Shown here: one piece after another, positions 19,766 to 29,930 of the stretch
Layout: each line of letters opens with the position of its first letter
Position numbering within the stretch: the stretch's first letter is position 1
The notes under the pieces: generated by a model
The model's input: the letters and a program-made list of their open reading frames with translations, nothing else
The model's database searches: none
What the model was told of the DNA's origin: nothing
Translations under genes and position numbers: made by a program
Assembly: GCA_965261345.1 (NCBI GenBank)
Contig: OZ253449.1
Location: 160,001-224,000, forward strand
Length of the DNA: 64,000 nucleotides
Source: Chloroflexota bacterium
GTDB lineage: Bacteria > Chloroflexota > UBA11872 > VXNJ01
Direction: 5' to 3'

Positions 19766-20905
19766 TCAATCAAAACTCGGGACCTCGACCTTCACACCAT
19801 TGGCCATCGCTGACTGATGCGCACAGATGCCGACACAGGTCCAGTTCGCGGCCGTTACTTCATCGATCAGAGGCTTACGCTCCTCCACAATGGCCCGTAG
19901 GAACTCGTGCGCCATATGCGGGTGGGAGCCTCCGTGACCGCTTCCCTGCTTGAATGACAAGTGCGCGTGTTCCTCGTCGTAGACGCCGCGGGTGGTGTAC
20001 TGCCGAACGCTAGCTGGCAATCTGTCCGCGTAGTCGGGGATGGTGATGCGCTCAGCATCCTCGCCTCTATGTAGAACCGGCGAATCGCCTGCGACCCTCT
20101 CCCACTCGAACGACAGCGTGTCGCCGTAGACATCAAAGCTCTCCACATACTCTCGAGCTGTCTCGAAGAGGGACCGAGTCACTTCTGCCGCAAGGTTCGA
20201 ATCCCGAAGCCCGATCAGTGTGCTCTCAACGGCGAATGGTGACCCGTAGTTGCTTGCCAGATCTTCTGCTATATGGCCAGATCCTAGGCATACCACAAAC
20301 GCTGCTAGTCGATCTGCCAAGGCGAGAAGCGGACTCACAGCATGCGTTGCGTAGTGCATCGGCGGTAGCCCTTCCCAGTATCCAGGCCAGCCTGCCATCT
20401 CTTGCTGATGGGATCCCCTAAGGAATTGGATCCTCCCCATTTGTCCAGACGAAACCAAGTCTTGTACATACAAGAACTCTCTGGAGAAGACGACCGTCTC
20501 CATCATCATGTACTTGCGCTTGGCCCGTCGCGCAGCCAGGACGATGTCCCGGCAATCGTCAATTGACGTTGCCATTGGCACGGTGCAAGCCACGTGCTTG
20601 CCCGCCTCAAGACCTCGAATGGAGTGCGGGGCATGATCGGGGATAGGCGTGTTGATGTGCACGGCGTCAATTTCCGGGTCAGCGAGCATCTCGTCGTAGT
20701 CGCTGTAACGCCTGTCCACGCCCAACGCATCACCAATGCGATTCAACGAGTCCGTGTCGCGCTGGCAGATAGCCACCAACTTGGAATCTGGGTGGTCCTG
20801 ATAGATCGGAATGAATTCGGCGCCGAATCCGAGACCGACCAGACCAATTCGTACGTAGCGAGATTCGGAATCCGCCACTTCCACCCATCTATCCACATCA
20901 CGCAC
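19766..20905 (-). CDS. Gfo/Idh/MocA family NAD-dependent oxidoreductase
   Basis: IGLVGLGFG, DAVHINTPIPDH, GKHVACTVPMA. Confidence 0.9.
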   Translation of the reverse strand: MRDVDRWVEVADSESRYVRIGLVGLGFGAEFIPIYQDHPDSKLVAICQRDTDSLNRIGDALGVDRRYSDYDEMLADPEIDAVHINTPIPDHAPHSIRGLEAGKHVACTVPMATSIDDCRDIVLAARRAKRKYMMMETVVFSREFLYVQDLVSSGQMGRIQFLRGSHQQEMAGWPGYWEGLPPMHYATHAVSPLLALADRLAAFVVCLGSGHIAEDLASNYGSPFAVESTLIGLRDSNLAAEVTRSLFETAREYVESFDVYGDTLSFEWERVAGDSPVLHRGEDAERITIPDYADRLPASVRQYTTRGVYDEEHAHLSFKQGSGHGGSHPHMAHEFLRAIVEERKPLIDEVTAANWTCVGICAHQSAMANGVKVEVPSFD

Positions 20906-21159
20906 CGGACACTGTGATCATTCCCAAAGAACGCTCACCCCGCAGTATAGGGCAATTAGTTGGGACCGTTGAAATGGCTGATTGTTCGGGGGCAATTGCC
21001 GCCTACAGCGATTCTTGAAACCCTCGCGTTGCCCGCTGGTCAGATGTCCAGAATGGCCGAATTGCTCGTTAACGTCGGCAACTGACGGTGCATCCGCCGG
21101 GCGGAATGCCCTTTTTGCGCATATGGCCGGAATTGAGCCAAGTTTGGTGCCAATCACCG

Positions 21160-21355
21160 TCATTTAGGCCGCCGCCTTAACCATTGTTTGCGGCTGTCTG
21201 GATTGGAGCCGACGCGGTGCAAGGCTTTATTGATGTGGTGCGCCAGGGACGCGATGAATCTCTCACAGAAGACCTTGTCAAGGCCCCCGCAACCGGCCCC
21301 GGGCCCAGCCCAGGCGGTCAAGTGATGCAAATGCGCCCTCGACCAGGTGCGAATG
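21160..21355 (-). pseudogene. C-terminal remnant of an IS1182/IS5-type DDE transposase
   Basis: With one frameshift reads HLVEGAFASLDRLGWARGRLRGLDKVFCERFIASLAHHINKAL, resembling the VE..F...R.RGL.KV...A.NL pattern. Confidence 0.4.
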
Positions 21356-21528
21356 TGATCAACGAACGGCATTTATGTGCGTCCTGTACTGCGGTTGCGC
21401 TTTTGGGCCCTTAGACAGGCATCGTAGTAGCCGCTCAACCCCACCGATCGACGCATTTGATTCGATTGGAGGCCCTGGTTGGACAGGCTTGGCAGTCTCT
21501 TTCCAAGGCTACATTTTGATAGGTCGTG

Positions 21529-22891
21529 TCGTCCTTTGGGGAGCGGCCGATCGGATCTGCGGCAAACGATTGCAAGCGATATTGCCCAGCCTGATCGAAT
21601 CACTGGAAGGGCATGGCCACCTGCAGCTTGATCTGGATGTACGCAGCAAGCTGCTCTCAATCAGCCCGGCGTCGATCGATCGGATGCTCAAACCGGTGCG
21701 CAAGACCGCCGGCAGCAGTCGACGGCGTAATCCCCGCCGCCGCAATCGTCATCACGCCAAAGTCCCGATCAGGACCTTTGCCGATTGGCATGGCCCCCAG
21801 CCCGACTACCTGGAAATAGACCGGGCGGCCCATTGTGGCGGCAACATGGCCGGGGCCTTCATCCAATCCCTGTCGGTTACCGATGTTTCCTCGGGCTGGG
21901 TGGAGGCGGTTCCACTGCTGGCCCGCGAGCAGACGCTGGTGACCGAGGCGTTGGAGGTTATAGCCGGGCGGGCACCGATTCCAGTGCTCGGCATTGACTC
22001 GGATAACGACAGCGCCTTTATCTCCCAGACCCTGATTGACTACTGCCAGCAGCGTGATATCGAGTTCACTCGCTCACGTGCCTATCGCTCCAACGATCAG
22101 GCCTTCATCGAGCAGAAGAACGGCGCCGTAATCTGAGCGCTTTGCCGGCTATGAACGCTTTGCCGGATTCATCGCCGGACAGACCCTGGCCCGACTCTTT
22201 GCCCTGGTCGGTCTCTACACCAATTTCTTCCAACCGTCTTTCAAACTGATCTCCAAGCAGCGCTATGGAGCCAGGACCCAAAAACGCTACGGCCGTCCCT
22301 TAACTCCCTGCCAGCGACTGCTTGATCATCCCGCTGTTGCCGAAAAGGTCAAGGCGGGGTTGCGCGACAAGCGCTCCAAACTGGATCCGCTCTTGCTCCT
22401 TAGCCAGATCCGTGCGGCTCAATCGGCTCTGGCCGCGCCGGCAGCTCCTGAAGATCGCAACAAGGTGCAACGGGAAGACCTGTCGCAATTCCTGGCCAGG
22501 CTCTCTCAATCTATGGCGCGCGGGAGAGGCCAATCCCGCGCGGCGGCCAAAACGAAAGCGCCGCATCTGGTGGCGGACGCGTAGAGATCCCCTAGAGCAC
22601 ATATGGCCCAAGGTGCTTAGCTACCTGCAGGATCATCCCGACGCCAGCGGCACCGGGATCCTGGAAGTATTGATGCGCAACCATCCCGACGCTGTCGGTC
22701 CCAAGCAGCTGCGGACGTTGCAGCGCAGGCTCAAGCAATGGCGGTCGGTGATGGCCCGAGAACTTGTATACGGGGTGGTTAATGGCGCTGCCGATACGGT
22801 CGACAAAGTCGAAATCGTACATGTAATCGCACCGATTGGGGCCAAATAAACGGTCCCAAATTTCGGTTACATTTTTTGATGAGGCAACGGG
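21529..22891 (+). mobile_element. ISNCY-type element copy 2, 3' portion (pseudogene, frameshifts near 22135 and 22509)
   Basis: Strongly similar to the reverse complement of 983-2345, starting at VLWGAADRICGK. Terminal GGTTACATTTTTTGATGAGGCAACG at 22865-22889. Confidence 0.88.
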
Positions 22892-22918
22892 GTCGGCCAG
22901 AGTAATAGACGTTCTTCA
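22892..22918 (+). mobile_element. Isolated IS21 right terminus, same type as 5970-5997
   Basis: CGGCCAGAGTAATAGACGTTCTTCA vs CGGCCAGAGTAATAGGCGTTCTTCA (1 mismatch in 25). Confidence 0.85.
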
Positions 22919-23476
22919 GATGGTGGACCGATTGCGTTTGGCTCTTAGCCTCTCGCGATCTGAAGAAACGCCTAAGCGATGAGTAGGAGACGCTTAATCC
23001 GCGCTGGCCGAGCAGCTCGTGGATGCGGGTCAGCTGCAGCTTCTCGTTGTTGAGCCACTGCCGTATCTGCTCGGTGTGGGGCCTGAGGATATCGGCAGCC
23101 GGGGTCTCAACCTGAGCCGGAGTGCTCAGGTTGAGCGCGGCCAATTTCGCCAGCTGCTCGTCGTTTGGCTCGGGACCGTCGGGTTCTAGGCCCAGCTCCA
23201 GGGCGAGATTGACGTAGCGCCGCATGGTATCGCGGGCGCGGCCTGAGAATTGGGAGATCCGGCGCTGGCTCAATCCCTTTTACCAGAGCCGGACCACTTC
23301 ACGTGTGTCCACTCGGAACACCTCCTGGTAGGCCATGACCGTTGCCGTGCTTTAAAAAACGGGTCGCCGTAATGGTGCTGTTAGGTGCGCTTCCCGGATG
23401 GCCTAGTGCCTTATGCCTATGAACATGGGTGGACGAAAGGTGTTGGCGAAGTGGACGATAGGTGTGGAGATTGACA
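22919..23476 (-). pseudogene. Left end and truncated istA (ATG 23336, internal TAA) of the older IS21-family element, copy 2
   Basis: MAYQEVFRVDTREVVRLW*KGLSQRRISQFSGRARDTMRRYV...; terminus TGTCAATCTCCAC at 23476. Confidence 0.75.
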
Positions 23477-23960
23477 CAAGCGCAGGGTCAACATTGCGAA
23501 AAAGGCTCAGTAAGTTGTCGCAATACCGCCCGATACCTCAATTGCTGCAATACCGACGTCGCTGCGCAGGTTGTAGATCAAGGCGTATATGGCGGATGTT
23601 TCGGGCAATGACCAAGCGCGTTAAGAGCCCCTAATTGCCGTTGCCGGGACAATTGCCAATGACTTGGACATAGCTTTTGCAATGCGGCTCACCGCCAAAT
23701 ATTCGCCAATCTCTTTCGCTCACCTGATTCAATTGTGATAGGGATTACACGAAGTAATCACGGTTTTCGATCTGTGTCGTTGTCGAACGGATCCAATGTA
23801 GATGGGATCGGACGAACATGCCTTCGCCCCCAAAAAAGGAGCGGCCCAATATCAATTCTCGCTTTTCCGACCGGCATTGCGGCAGATCTTGGAAGGTAAC
23901 GGCCTGGAGGACAAGATCCCGCTCAGGGCCATGTCCGACACCAGGGGTCAGGTAACGTGC

Positions 23961-24242
23961 TTAGTCGGAATTCTCCGCGAGTGGCGCCGGAATAAGCCCG
24001 TATTCGGCTACCCCTTCCGCGCGGGTCCGCTCCATCTGGCGGCTGTAATCGATGTAGGGGCAAAACTTCAGGCAGTGTGGGGATAGAATCCGCGTCGCCC
24101 GCAGCTCCGGATCTTCCTCGGTCCCGGTCACCTCATATACGGGCAAGCTAAAGCGCGCCAGCTTAGCCTCGGTGCCGAATGCGATTAATGGGTGGCCTGA
24201 ATTGTCTATTCGGAAAAATACTGCCATTCTGATCAAATCCAA
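23961..24242 (-). CDS. Hypothetical protein
   Basis: Co-directional ORF 35 bp downstream of the thioredoxin-like gene; no recognised motif. Confidence 0.3.
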   Translation of the reverse strand: MDLIRMAVFFRIDNSGHPLIAFGTEAKLARFSLPVYEVTGTEEDPELRATRILSPHCLKFCPYIDYSRQMERTRAEGVAEYGLIPAPLAENSD

Positions 24243-24277
24243 TTGACCGGAAGTGAAGAATTGCTCTATATCGCCGG

Positions 24278-24703
24278 TTACGCCGAGGATTCAAGCACCG
24301 AACGCACCTGAATATCCAACTTCTCGAACGATGCCAGGCCGTAGTTCACGTGCTGGATTGTGCCGCTAGTGACGATGACGGTGCTTGGCACCGTCAAGAT
24401 TCGCATTTGCCTAGCAAGGTCCGCGTGCGCGAAAGTATCAATGTCGAGTACGCAGACCTTTCCCGCATACTGTGCGCTTATTGATTCAACAACCGGTTTC
24501 TGGGAGCGACGGCAAGTTTCACAAAATGCGTTGCCGAAGCTCAGGAGCGCGACAGGCGCCGAAGATGCGGGGATTGGGAGCGCGTCTCCTATGAATTCCA
24601 ATCTAGCCTTGGAGGCGCATCGCCGCGCCCATAACCGCACCATCAGAATGACTACGGCTACCATCGCAATTGCAACGAATAGGATTAGTGCTCGTTCAAT
24701 CAA
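24278..24703 (-). CDS. Membrane-anchored thioredoxin-family protein
   Basis: N-terminal TM, CETC motif, cis-Pro motif ILTVPST. Confidence 0.85.
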   Translation of the reverse strand: MIERALILFVAIAMVAVVILMVRLWARRCASKARLEFIGDALPIPASSAPVALLSFGNAFCETCRRSQKPVVESISAQYAGKVCVLDIDTFAHADLARQMRILTVPSTVIVTSGTIQHVNYGLASFEKLDIQVRSVLESSA

Positions 24704-24712
24704 TTCGCTGCA

Positions 24713-25207
24713 TTACCCTGCTGGTTTTTGTCTGGTCAGGCGGCCAGCTAGGTGTCCAAATCGGTGGAAAACGAAACACAAAGCGCAGAAGTCGAAAGCC
24801 GCGTCAAGCAGGATCATGAGTCCTACCGCCCCTGACAACGTCCAGGGTAGCCAACCCAATTGCGGAACCGACACCACTAGTACGGCGGAGGCGGCGAATA
24901 CGATACCACCCAACACGCGCGCAATGCGGCGAGTTGCGCGATCTTCGACGGCCAGCCGCTTTGGCAACAGGCCGCTTGGTTGCAGCAGCGAAACAGTCAA
25001 AACTCGAAATGGGTCAAATGGGCGCCAATATCGACCAAGCGCCATGCACGCAGCCGCAACAATCAGCGATATCGCCCCAACTCCATTACCGGCCACAAAC
25101 CCGACCGCTATCACAGCGAGTACCGCGTACTGATGCACCTTTCGCGGCACAACGTCGACCCGTTCGAATTGGCTGCTGTCGCGGTCTTCGCTTGGCAATT
25201 CAGCCAC
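24713..25207 (-). CDS. DUF4395 family membrane protein
   Basis: ED...RRIARVLG and C-terminal LDAAFDFCALC; typical neighbour of a thioredoxin. Confidence 0.75.
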   Translation of the reverse strand: MAELPSEDRDSSQFERVDVVPRKVHQYAVLAVIAVGFVAGNGVGAISLIVAAACMALGRYWRPFDPFRVLTVSLLQPSGLLPKRLAVEDRATRRIARVLGGIVFAASAVLVVSVPQLGWLPWTLSGAVGLMILLDAAFDFCALCFVFHRFGHLAGRLTRQKPAG

Positions 25208-25567
25208 GACTAGAAACTCCCGAAATCGCCTAAATCAGTCAACACCGCGGCATTGTCTGTGAGATTATCTGCATTTCCTGACTATTTAACGTAGATTCCT
25301 TAGTTATTCGTACAGATCACTATTTCCACAGTCGCGGGTGGGCAAGCTGGGCTGTATTTTGGGGCCTTGGAGCCAAATTCCCCGGTCATCGATTCGGTCG
25401 TCGACGTCAAAATGGACCAATCGCGGTACATGGCGCGGTCCGTGCCCTATTGGAATTCAACGTTGATACCGACGTGACTGGTATCGGCAGACGGGGTTTT
25501 TGAATGCAACCCAAGCGCCAGCGACTGTGAGGATTCGGTCGGTGGCGCCTTGCCATCGTGATCGGGA

Positions 25568-25890
25568 AAGGACTCCCTGACGGCCTCGTCGTAGATGCGG
25601 TTTGAGGACTTGGTGGGCGGTGCCGGAGCAGGGCTTGCAGCATTGCCCAGTATTCGGGTTGCATAGTTACGGTTGTAGCCAGATAGAGCTACGAACTCGT
25701 TCAGAATCGCGCCCTTCTCGCTTCTTGGACGCCCGCGCGTAGCGGCCCCTTAAGGCCGCTAGCAGCTCCTTCCGCACCGCCCGGCTCAAACTCTTACCTG
25801 CCATCGGTTGCCTCCGTAGAGATTTGGGTTACAAATCTTGTATGTTGGCAACGGTCCTGTTTGGGTTACAAAAACAGTGAGTCGATGCGC
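25568..25890 (-). mobile_element. ISNCY-type element copy 2, 5' portion (upstream end plus about 78 codons, frameshifted)
   Basis: Similar to 2350-2665: MAGKSLSRAVRKELLAAL..., with two GGTTACA end motifs. Stops at ...AVRES. Confidence 0.85.
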
Positions 25891-25931
25891 CGAGCGACGA
25901 TGAATGTCGTCTACCTTTACGTCGACTTAGG

Positions 25932-26139
25932 GGTCACGTCCCCTGGAGTGGTGTAAGAGCACCCGCTTGATCAACTAAGCCAACGCGATGACAAAGGGCC
26001 CTCGTGTAAACCTCTACGGAGTCACTTCACTTACTTCGTCGAGGAACCATCGATGGCCCAACTTGATTATCAGACCTTGCTTGCCCTTATCGCCAAGCAA
26101 GGGTTTGACAGCAGCGAATTCGTCCGCAGCGCCGTACGG
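25932..26139 (+). mobile_element. IS256 type A, truncated left end
   Basis: Nearly identical to 33785-33992; cut by the IS21 left end at 26140. Confidence 0.92.
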
Positions 26140-26364
26140 TGTGGGCGGACACGAAAGATCGCCCATTGGCGGCCACGGAATTGCCCGCCCTAACGATCCT
26201 GCGGCCACGTAAAACTGCCCAAAAGCGACCACGAAGGAACCGTTAATCGACCTGATTTCTCGCTGATCTAGTAACCCGCCGGAAACCCTGACGGGCCCCC
26301 GGCGGAGGCTGCCCCGGTTTGACTTAGCTGGTTTCTCAACTCCAGCGGCAACCGGAATCGCCAT

Positions 26365-27855
26365 ATGAAATCTTCGGAGGAAGTAATGCGGATTCTCAAG
26401 GTCTACGATCGCACCCTTTCACTTAGGGCCACGGCCCAAGAATGCGGCTGCTCGCACCACACCGTGGCCAGCTACGTGCAAAAGCGCGCGCTGGGCCAAT
26501 TGGGAGAACCGGTGCGCCGGCCCCGGTTATCGCTCATCGACCCCCACCGCCCCCTTATCGACGACCTGGTGCAACAATCGCGCGGCCGGATAAGGGCCGA
26601 CAAGTGCCACCAACGACTCATGAAGCTGGGTTACACGGGCTCTGAACGCACCACCCGCCGGGCGGTGGCAAAAGCCAAGCAGGCCTACAAAAAGCAAAAC
26701 CGCCGGGTATTTCGGCCCTGGATAACCGAACCGGGCAAGTGGGCGCAGTGGGACTGGGCCAAGGGGCCGCCGGTAAACAGGGAGGCGAGCAACCTCTTCT
26801 GCGTCTGGCTGTCCTGGTCAAGGTACCGGGTGGTACTGCCGACCCGGGACCGCCGACTGGAGACCCTGATCGGCTGCCTCGCCGAGGCCCAGTCCTGGTT
26901 CGGCGGCGTGCCCTCCAACTGGCTCACCGACAACGAGAAGACCGTCTCCAAAGAATTCGTGGCCAGCATCGCCGTCAGACACCCGCTGATGGTCAAGTTC
27001 GGGCGCTTCCACGGCTGCGCGATCGCCACCTGCCAGATAGCGGATCCGGCCACGAAGGGCGGTTCCGAGGCGACCGTGAAAATCGCCAAGGCCGATCTTG
27101 TCCCCACCGATCACAACCTGTTGCCGGAGTACTCGTCCTGGAACGAGCTGGCCGACGCCTGCGATGAATTCATGCGGCGCGTTAACACCCGTGAGCACTC
27201 GATCACCAAACGCCCCCCGATGGAAATGCTCGCAATCGAACGTGATTCCCTGCACCCTCTGCCCAACCGCGTCTTCAGCGTCGCCCTGGGCAAGACCCGC
27301 ACCGTCTCCGACACCTCCCTGGTGGCCTGGCGATCGGCCTGGTACTCGGTGCCGCACATCTATAGCGAGGAGATCGTCTGGGTGCGCGAACGCGGCGCTA
27401 TGGTGATCGTGAGCGCCGAGACCGATCACGGCGTCATCGAGGTGGCCCGACACCGGAAGGTCGGCCGCGGGCAGCGGGTAGTTGTCGATAGCCATTATCC
27501 GAAGACTCCGTCGGGACCGCTGGCACGCCGGCCAAGGCCGCGCAACCAGGTAGAGAAGGAGTTCCTGGCCATCGGCCCCGGCGCGGCGGTATGGCTCAGG
27601 GCCGCCTGCGCGGCCGGTGCCGCCCGGCTGAAGGAGAAGCTCGAGGAGATAGTCGAACTCTCGCGCCTTGACGGCTGTGAGGCAATCGATGCCGCCCTGG
27701 GGGTGGCGTCGGAGGTGGGGCGCTTCGGCTTCGGCGACATCGCCTCCATCGCCGCCGCCTCGAGCGGACCGCTGTACCAGGCGTCCGAGGACTCGTTCCT
27801 GCAGGACGGCACCGGCCGCTGGCAGGACTTCGGCGCAACCGGAGGCGACCGATGA
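26365..27855 (+). CDS. istA: IS21 transposase IstA
   Basis: EPGKWAQWDW, GGVP..WLTDNEK, KGGSE, YSVP motifs. Confidence 0.95.
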   Translation: MKSSEEVMRILKVYDRTLSLRATAQECGCSHHTVASYVQKRALGQLGEPVRRPRLSLIDPHRPLIDDLVQQSRGRIRADKCHQRLMKLGYTGSERTTRRAVAKAKQAYKKQNRRVFRPWITEPGKWAQWDWAKGPPVNREASNLFCVWLSWSRYRVVLPTRDRRLETLIGCLAEAQSWFGGVPSNWLTDNEKTVSKEFVASIAVRHPLMVKFGRFHGCAIATCQIADPATKGGSEATVKIAKADLVPTDHNLLPEYSSWNELADACDEFMRRVNTREHSITKRPPMEMLAIERDSLHPLPNRVFSVALGKTRTVSDTSLVAWRSAWYSVPHIYSEEIVWVRERGAMVIVSAETDHGVIEVARHRKVGRGQRVVVDSHYPKTPSGPLARRPRPRNQVEKEFLAIGPGAAVWLRAACAAGAARLKEKLEEIVELSRLDGCEAIDAALGVASEVGRFGFGDIASIAAASSGPLYQASEDSFLQDGTGRWQDFGATGGDR

Positions 27856-28619
27856 GGCCCCCACAGGTAATCGACGAGGTGGTGGGCCAGCTGCGCACCC
27901 TGCGCCTGCCGCACATGCGAAAGGCCGCCCCGGAGCTGCTTAGGACCGCAAAGTCGCAGCGCTGGGATCCGGCCGAGGCGCTGAAGGCGCTCCTGGACGA
28001 GGAGATCGCCGGGAGGGCGGCCTCGTCGCGGGAGCTGCGCCGCAAGGCGGCCGGGTTTCCCTCAGGGAAGACGCTTGACAGCTGGGACGGCGAGCTCTCC
28101 TCGATCCCCGAACCCACCCGGCGATCGCTTATGACCCTGGAATGGATAGAACGCAAAGAGAACGTGGTCCTATACGGTCCGTCCGGTACCGGCAAGTCCC
28201 ATTTCCTGGAGGCTCTCGGCCAACTGGCGGTAGAGCGCGGCTACCGGGTGTCCTGGTTCGCGCTGGAAGAGCTGGGACAGCTGGTCAAGCGCCACCGGGT
28301 CGATGACTCGGTCGGCAGGGCGGTAAGAAAGCTTTTGAAGGCGGACCTGATCGTCATCGACGACATCGGGCTGCTGCCGGTAGGCCAGGAGACCGCCGAG
28401 GCGTTCTTCCGGGTAGTTGACGCCGCCTACGAACGGCGCTCGGTGGCCGTCTCCTCGAACTTGCATCCGTCGGGCTTTGACGAGATCCTGCCCAAATCAC
28501 TGGCCAATGCGACCGTGGACAGACTACTCCACCACGCCCATGCCCACCCGACCTCGGGTGAGAGCATTCGCTTAACCCAGGCGATGGCCGGGCAAGGAGT
28601 GGCGCCGCTGACCGGATAA
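27852..28619 (+). CDS. istB: IS21 helper AAA+ ATPase IstB
   Basis: GPSGTGKS, LIVIDDIG, VDRLLHH; ATGA overlap with istA. Confidence 0.95.
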   Translation: MRPPQVIDEVVGQLRTLRLPHMRKAAPELLRTAKSQRWDPAEALKALLDEEIAGRAASSRELRRKAAGFPSGKTLDSWDGELSSIPEPTRRSLMTLEWIERKENVVLYGPSGTGKSHFLEALGQLAVERGYRVSWFALEELGQLVKRHRVDDSVGRAVRKLLKADLIVIDDIGLLPVGQETAEAFFRVVDAAYERRSVAVSSNLHPSGFDEILPKSLANATVDRLLHHAHAHPTSGESIRLTQAMAGQGVAPLTG

Positions 28620-29423
28620 CCCTTGCCCGAAGTGATGAAATGCTCGTCGCGGTAACGATTGCAGCGGCCCCGTCCAATACCGGATCCGGGCCGCTGCCGT
28701 GCATGCGGGCAAATTGGACGGTCTGCGCCACGGCAGGCCGCCTCAACCTGCCCGCCCGGAAATCGAATGCGGGAAAAGCGCCCCCGCCGCTGCGGGCCGA
28801 TTGACGCCATGCGGCCCCCAATTCAGTCGATATAGACAACATCTGCAAAAAGCATGGCCGCCAGGAGGCCCATACAGCGGTTCTGACGGGCGGTTGTGAC
28901 CCCGGACCCTTGGCGCAAACCGGTTTGTGGCGGGCAGCTTTGGCCAAAATCGGGGTAGGAACAACTGACGCCGCCGCCGGAGAGGAGGTGTTCGGATCAG
29001 CCTGCGGCAGGGCGTCCAATTAGAGAAATCAGGCCGGTCGCGGCGCCTTCAACAAACTGCCCACGCATGGGCAGTTTGTTGGCCACCTATGTGCAGAGAT
29101 ACATGTCCGCCGGCGGGCACTTCTCAATGTCCGCGAACAGCGGCACCTATGGATGGCATTGAGCCGCTGTCCGCCTGTCGGACGAGCGATTGTTTTTACT
29201 TGGTGAGATATTGTTTCCGCATCACCACACGACTTGCTCCCGACGGTGGGGCCACGATATTTGGTGTGCGCAATCCGGTCGGAAGTTTTTCGACAACATC
29301 ATATCGTGCATCAACGGATCTAAGCCTGCTTTGTTTGGATCGCAAATCTGATACCCTCGATAACCCGGCAATCAATGACGCACGGCGTGAGATTCATATC
29401 CACCAATTAACTGAAGAATTCAA

Positions 29424-29669
29424 ATGTCGGAGGACAGCAACCGTCACGTGGTCACTAATCCTGAAGGTGGGTGGGATGTCGTCAAGCCGAACGCGGATCG
29501 GTCGTCAGCTTATCTGCAAACGCAAGCTGATGCGGTTGAGCTCACGCGCGAAATCGTAGAGAACTTTGGCGGGGGCGAAGTCGTGATTCACCGCCGCGAT
29601 GGCCGGATCCGGGATTCCGATACAGTTCCGCCCGGGAACGACCCTAACCCGCCACGCGACTCTCGTTAA
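29424..29669 (+). CDS. DUF2188 family protein
   Basis: RHVV...GGWDV...TQADAV...EVVIHRRDGRIRDSDT...GNDPNPPRD pattern. Confidence 0.88.
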   Translation: MSEDSNRHVVTNPEGGWDVVKPNADRSSAYLQTQADAVELTREIVENFGGGEVVIHRRDGRIRDSDTVPPGNDPNPPRDSR

Positions 29670-29930
29670 TCGGTCGCCAATTAGAAGTGCCGAGTGACTA
29701 ACCTAGCGGCTGAGATTCGGTAGTGACATTGGTCTGCCGACTCTCGGCGAATCTGTCAGAGTGATGGGCCAGTTCGAACTGGAGCAATCCTATTGGCTGG
29801 TTTCCTTGCAGGCGGTGGCATTCGTGCGTGAACGGATCGTTTCTGCGCCGGCCCTTTCGCCGAATTGAATCAATTGTGGTTGAGGTGAACCGATTCAACG
29901 GCAAGTCGCGATTCGAGCCGAGAGATCCAC

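Larger units (their letters stand above)
26140..29139 (+). mobile_element. IS21-family element, intact (3000 bp), no TSD
   Basis: IRs TGTGGGCGGACACGAAAGATCGCCC / TGTTCGCGGACATTGAGAAGTGCCC; contains istA-istB. Confidence 0.92.

Noticed and set aside
26818-27864. 348-aa antisense ORF within istA (also 62478..63524) and many similar overlapping ORFs
   Set aside because: Shadow ORFs expected in high-GC coding DNA; no motifs.
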